A stretch of 64,000 bases of DNA from Flectonema sp. DT1601 (Eukaryota): positions 620,001-684,000 of the forward strand of contig OZ025793.1 of assembly GCA_964019425.1 (NCBI GenBank). Direction: 5' to 3'. Below are positions 59,201 to 64,000 of this stretch, one piece after another. Under the pieces are notes generated by a model. That model was not told the DNA's origin and did not search any database. It saw only the letters and a list, made by a program, of their open reading frames with translations. Positions within the stretch are counted from its first letter, which is position 1, and every line of letters begins with the position of its first letter. The position numbers and the translations under genes are program-made.

Positions 59201-59519
59201 ACCAGAAGTCATAAATCTGGATGGCTCTCAGGGATACAACACGAAAGCTGATATTTGGTCTGTCGGTATCACTCAAATAGAAATGTTAAATTGTGTTCCT
59301 TGGAAGAACGCTGATAAAGAAACCCCTTGGGGGATGTTATTTCAAATTGGTTCTTCAAACAGCGCTCCGAATGGAATTCCTTCTGACTGTCATCCAAAGC
59401 TTCACGCATTCATGATGAGGTGTTTTATTAGAAAACCAGATCTTCGACCTGATGCTGGTGAGCTTCTTTCTGATCCGTTTCTAACATGCCCTGAGAAAGA
59501 CTTAGAATGGTGTTGTTAG
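56252..59519 (+). CDS. Ankyrin-repeat STE/MAP3K-type kinase with MGC acylation signal; exons 56252-57705, 57780-57900, 58804-58914, 58986-59519
   Basis: Ankyrin repeats (GMTPLHRAA, GGRPLHSAA, GETPIHTAA, GNTPLHLAA, GYTPIQEAA). Splicing rebuilds LGKGAFGSV - LAVK - HINILQ|YYG - HRDIKGDN - DFG - GTPLWMAPE in frame. Confidence 0.9.
57956..58038 (+). ncRNA. Candidate C/D-box snoRNA A (copies 57956-58038, 58222-58304, 58488-58570)
   Basis: Box C ATGATGA, D'-like CCGA, C'-like TTGACGA, box D CTGA; 83 nt; terminal stem acga/ttgt in copy 2. Target not identified. Confidence 0.7.
58073..58166 (+). ncRNA. Candidate C/D-box snoRNA B guiding SSU rRNA methylation (copies 58073-58166, 58339-58432, 58641-58734)
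   Basis: Terminal stem atcc/ggat; box C variant ATGAAGA; box D CTGA preceded by ccccgttacccgt, the antisense of conserved 18S ACGGGTAACGGGG. ccctctccgg is antisense to nearby 18S CCGGAGAGGG. Confidence 0.8.
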
Positions 59520-62359
59520 GTGTTAATCTTATTGGGATTCGAAACGTTTTTCGGTACCCTGACCGACAATACAGGACGAATAGCTGTGTCCTTTCTTTCT
59601 ATTTGTTATGTTGATTGACACAGTCGGCTACTATCTTTGCGATTCTTTTTAAGTGCTTAGAAAAACAAGATGCGGACCGGTCGGTACAAAAATTTAAAAA
59701 AAAAAAAAAGATACATTTTTGTTGTAATTTAAATTTAATTCAATTTGATTTCCCTTTTTTTTTTTTTTTTTCAATTCCGTTATTTTTGTTCTTGTCTTAT
59801 GATCTTCTCAGACTCCCTACTAAACAGAAAGGTAACACAATAGTAGCAACCGCACCTACCAACAATATATAAATGACCTTTCTCGCTTATTATTTTGTGT
59901 TTTTCATTTTTAGTTGGCATAGAATCTATCTTTTTTTTTTTTTTTTTTTTTTTGTTAGTTTAGTTTTAGTGGAAAGATTTGTGACATTTTAAAATACCGT
60001 TGAGATTGGTAATTCTTAGATGAACGTATGCATGCCTTCCTCTTATGGTTATTTGAGATGTCAAAGTCTTTGCCTTCCGAGTGTTGCCGTTCTGCAACGT
60101 ATGTTTTCCCCTTTTTTTTTTGCTAGACGAACATGAAACAAAGATCTATATGCCAGTTTTTTACTTTCTTAAAAAAGAAAATTTAAAGTTCATTGTAGAC
60201 AGTCAAGAATATCATTCTTGTTTAAGCGGATTTCATTAACCCTGTAAGGCAATTACAACCTGAGAAGAAGTTAATTTGTCTTTACACTTTTATGTTTTTA
60301 ACCTAACCTAAATGGTCGGATTCATCAGTTAAGAAAGAGTGAATACCTAATATTTTTGTGTGCTATATTTGCAAGATATTACGAACTAACAAAGGATGCT
60401 GTTTTGTCATTCAGTACCCTGGTGATAGTTTCAAACGTCATGTCTTTACTGAGTGCCACGCAAGGTTCAGAAAGTTACTTATCTATGAGCATGTTGTGTG
60501 AGCCCAGAAAGTTTGACAATAGTTTAGTTTTTTTTTTCTCTTTTTTTTTCTGCGAATATAGCATGTTCAGAGAAGAGGAATTTTGCGTTTTTTTTTTTTT
60601 TTTTTTTTTTTTTTTATTGCTGCATTGTCGAAACAGTACTCTTGATAAGATAAAAACGGAAGATACAAAAACATTCTCGAACCGAGAGAAAATGGGTTTT
60701 ACCTTATTGATAAATTGCTTTTTTCGACACAAAAGAAAAAAAAAAAAAAAAAAAGAAAAGAAAATTGTTTTTTTCTCTTTGTTTCTGTTTCTATTAGGAT
60801 GTGAGGAAATAAATACGATCAAGTAAGGATTAGAAATTCCGAGGTAGTATGTTCTCGCTTTTCATTTCAAAAATAAATTTTAAAAAAAATTAAAAAAAGG
60901 GGCTAATCGATTTCGATTATTTTTACCGATTCACTTTAACATATCAGCTACTGAGATGAGAAGGCCAATGTCGGGGTTGGTTGAAATTGGTAGCACCTGC
61001 GTTTTAAAAAAAAAAAATAAAAAAAATGAACTGAACTGAAAAATAAAATAAAATAAAAATAACAAAGAAAATCGCGCTGCTGGGAAGAAGAAAAAAAAAA
61101 AAAAAAAAAAAAAAAAGAGACGTCTCTTTTACCGTGAATAATCTTGGCAGGTCGCCGACCCCATCATTTTAGTAGTACGTTATGTATCTAAATTGCTCTC
61201 GCATCTGCGTGCGTTTTTTTTTCTTTCTTTCTTTTATTCGTCTAACTGCTTTTTTTTTTACATGGTTTGGAGCTCCAGCCAAATCTTATCTTTGTAATAC
61301 GTTTGTTTAAAAAAACTAATTCTACTTTTTTGCAGAAGAGAGAGAAACGCGTCTACTTTAAAAAGAGAGACTGTTCCTGTAAGCGTCTTCGTTGATACGG
61401 AAACTTGATGAGTATCTACATACTTATCTGCTGCGAAAGTTTCCACTATCGAAAAAGATAATTCCACGGGTTGCCTTTCACCATAGACTCTCTGGTGTTG
61501 GTAATCGTTTTTTTTTTTCTTCTGAATTTTTCTTAACTTCTCTTTTTTTTTTCCCCCGCTCAAAAGACTATCACTACCTTTGTTTATGAGCTTGTTACAA
61601 GAAATCAGAGTACGATAAACAAAGATGTACTCTTTTTTTTTTTTTTTTTTTTTTCATTCCCTTTCATTTTCTTTTTTCCCCCCTTTCAACTCTTGCTTTG
61701 GTATTTTTTTTAATTATTTGCATGTAAAAATTTTCCGTTACGTAGTCGACGAGTAGTAACAAGGTTTAAAATAGCAAACTAGTCAATAGTGCTTAATAAT
61801 AGTGTGAAGGCACCCTCTGTTGGTTAGGAAACCCTTTGACGTGGCTTAACGTAACACTTAATAAAAAAACAATCAATCAATTTAGAAAAAAACTCAGCAA
61901 GTAGTAGATAGCAGCGGGAAACACAGATTCTGAAATCTGGGAAGGTAGTTTAGGTTTTAGTTGTAAGTAAATTGCCCGTATGAAAAAAAAGAGAAGTCTT
62001 CAAAAAAAAAAAGAAAACAAAAGAGACGAAATAGAACCCTGCTGGAAATGTTTCCTTTTCCTCCCCTACCCCTCCCCCTTACCCCCTCCCACATCGGTTT
62101 GTGTAATTAATTTGATATTTTGCGTCGATTTGGAAAATACAAGCGAAGCAGTGAAGGAATAAAAGGTTAAGTTTGGGCATCACGAATGCCTGTCAGTGAT
62201 ACCCGTAGATATCATAGTTAAACGTTCTTCTAAGTTACGAATTACTCACAACAGACATATAAAATGGTTTTGGATAAGTGGCCACTCTCTTACAGGCAGT
62301 AGATAGTAGTAGCTGTAAACCTATATCGTCTAACAGGTTATCAAAAAATATTTAAAAAT

Positions 62360-64000
62360 ATGAAAGGAACAACAGCAATCCTATTCTTCACAACAATATT
62401 AACACCAGTCATTGGAGGATGGAACACAGACTACACAGGAGTAGAAGTTAATCATCCAAATGGAGGTGATGCTAATGGACAGTATAGTTTCGCTGGTGGA
62501 ATTCCGCCTTACAAGCAGGTAGGAAATAGTAACTACGCGATGGACTTTACTTCAGGTGGAGTAAGGACCTACTGGGGCATTTATTTCAAAGACGGTAACC
62601 GACCTGTATTGCGACAGAGTTGTAATGATGCAGCGAGTGCAGGTCCATTTAGTTATGCTCTCGGTGATCTCTGTCAGTGTTCTTGGGATTCCTCGGGGAG
62701 TACTGCAGTTGTTTATGGTATTAAAGGAACTGTTGTTGAAAGAGTTGATAAGTGTGGGACTCCTACAACTTTAGCACCAACAGAAATACCAACGGTGGCT
62801 CCAACAGAAACCCCAACAGTGGCACCAACAGAGGTGCCGACAGTGGCACCAACAAAAATACCAACAGTGGCACCAACAGAAATACCAACAGTGGCACCAA
62901 CAGAGGTGCCGACAGTGGGTCCAACAGAGGTGCCAACAATTGCTCCAACAGAAATGCCAACAGTAGTCCCAACGATGGCTCCAACAGAGATACCGACTGG
63001 AACTCCAACGAACACTCCGACAGGAAACTCTTCTATTTCACCTTCTGATGTACCGACATCCGTTCCTACATTCGTTCCAACATCTGTTCCAACGACTCAA
63101 CCACCAAGTTCTGAGTGCTCTTTAATATTTCTCTCTGACACTATCTCCTGCCCTGTGAATTCATCCCTCGTAGGCGGAGGTATTATTAGAAATTGTAAGA
63201 CTGACGTCTGCAAGTTGCTGTCGGAGATCGACTTTTCAAAGAAACCTGCCGGAATAACAGGAATCAATGGAAAAGACGTTGTCGTACAATATAACGAAAA
63301 CAAGACTTGTGTTGTGAAAGACTACGACGGTGACTGGTCCAGTGAGAATGCAATTTGTAGGAAAATGAGTGACCCGATATGTGGATCCATAACATTAGAG
63401 AATATACAAACCTCAACAGATTCAGAGTGTGTATCAAGGAAGGGAAGTGTTAGTAAGAATCAATTAGATACTTGTGGTGTTGATATTTGTTGGGCTCTTG
63501 ATACTCAGGCAATTCGATCACCAATTGATAAAAAGACTATTTACGAGTGTGCTGGTCTTGATCTCAACTATCACACAGAAACCACAACCGAAGTAGGAAA
63601 GCTATTCCCAATGCTATGTGATCCCTGTTCCGCCATTGCGATTCATGTTAAAGGATGCCCTGATGGTTTTATCCAGGCAGACATTTCTCTTCTTAGAAAA
63701 TGCACTTCCTTAATGTGTTCAACTATCGGAAGCGCTGGTTTTTTGATCGGAAATTCCGCAACTGTAGAAAAAGATTCCCTCAGCTGTCAAGTTTTAAATT
63801 ATCAAAAAACTCCTCTCTCAGACACAACCTATGCCTGTGTGAAGGGAGCTGCAGAAGGTAATTCAAGTTCGGACTCAGTCCTCATCATTGTTATAATTAT
63901 CGCAGGAGTGTGTTGTCTTATTGTTATTGTTGCTGCATTAGTCTATCGTAGAAGGACAAAAGTAGCGTTTTCAGAAAAGCAGAGACATGAGATACTGATT
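62360..64000 (+). CDS. Type I membrane/surface protein (3' partial): signal peptide, N-domain, PT-rich stalk, three Cys-rich modules, TM
   Basis: ATG at 62360 (MKGTTAILFFTTILTPVIG); the frame reads open to the window end, which explains its absence from the ORF track; TM VLIIVIIIAGVCCLIVIVAALVY followed by RRR. Confidence 0.85.
   Translation, partial: MKGTTAILFFTTILTPVIGGWNTDYTGVEVNHPNGGDANGQYSFAGGIPPYKQVGNSNYAMDFTSGGVRTYWGIYFKDGNRPVLRQSCNDAASAGPFSYALGDLCQCSWDSSGSTAVVYGIKGTVVERVDKCGTPTTLAPTEIPTVAPTETPTVAPTEVPTVAPTKIPTVAPTEIPTVAPTEVPTVGPTEVPTIAPTEMPTVVPTMAPTEIPTGTPTNTPTGNSSISPSDVPTSVPTFVPTSVPTTQPPSSECSLIFLSDTISCPVNSSLVGGGIIRNCKTDVCKLLSEIDFSKKPAGITGINGKDVVVQYNENKTCVVKDYDGDWSSENAICRKMSDPICGSITLENIQTSTDSECVSRKGSVSKNQLDTCGVDICWALDTQAIRSPIDKKTIYECAGLDLNYHTETTTEVGKLFPMLCDPCSAIAIHVKGCPDGFIQADISLLRKCTSLMCSTIGSAGFLIGNSATVEKDSLSCQVLNYQKTPLSDTTYACVKGAAEGNSSSDSVLIIVIIIAGVCCLIVIVAALVYRRRTKVAFSEKQRHEILI
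62770..63000 (+). repeat. 24-bp coding tandem repeat (APTE[IV]PTV)
   Basis: Degenerate gcaccaacagaRRtRccRacagtg units. Confidence 0.85.

Overview
Eukaryotic genomic DNA, most likely from a euglenozoan protist (diplonemid-like; inference). Every credible gene is on the + strand, several have short GT-AG introns, and the intergenic DNA is rich in poly-A/poly-T. Gene order: mitochondrial GrpE; eEF2K-type alpha-kinase (3 exons); Cache/pseudo-cyclase/STE-kinase receptor; O-fucosyltransferase-like gene; a ~23 kb five-copy tandem array of a surface protein with a truncated, catalytically dead GH18 domain and a mucin-like stalk; a spliced gene that fuses an intact adenylate cyclase to cytochrome b5, a globin and an FAD/NAD(P)H reductase (split into two ORFs in the track); a WW/coiled-coil protein (4 exons); an IQ-motif protein; a small EF-hand-like ORF; an acylated ankyrin-STE kinase (4 exons) whose second intron holds a tandem cluster of C/D-box snoRNA candidates; and a partial type-I membrane protein missing from the ORF track. 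The most novel items are the cyclase-b5-globin-reductase fusion, the intronic snoRNA array and the pseudo-chitinase array. All calls are by eye from motifs; no searches were run.
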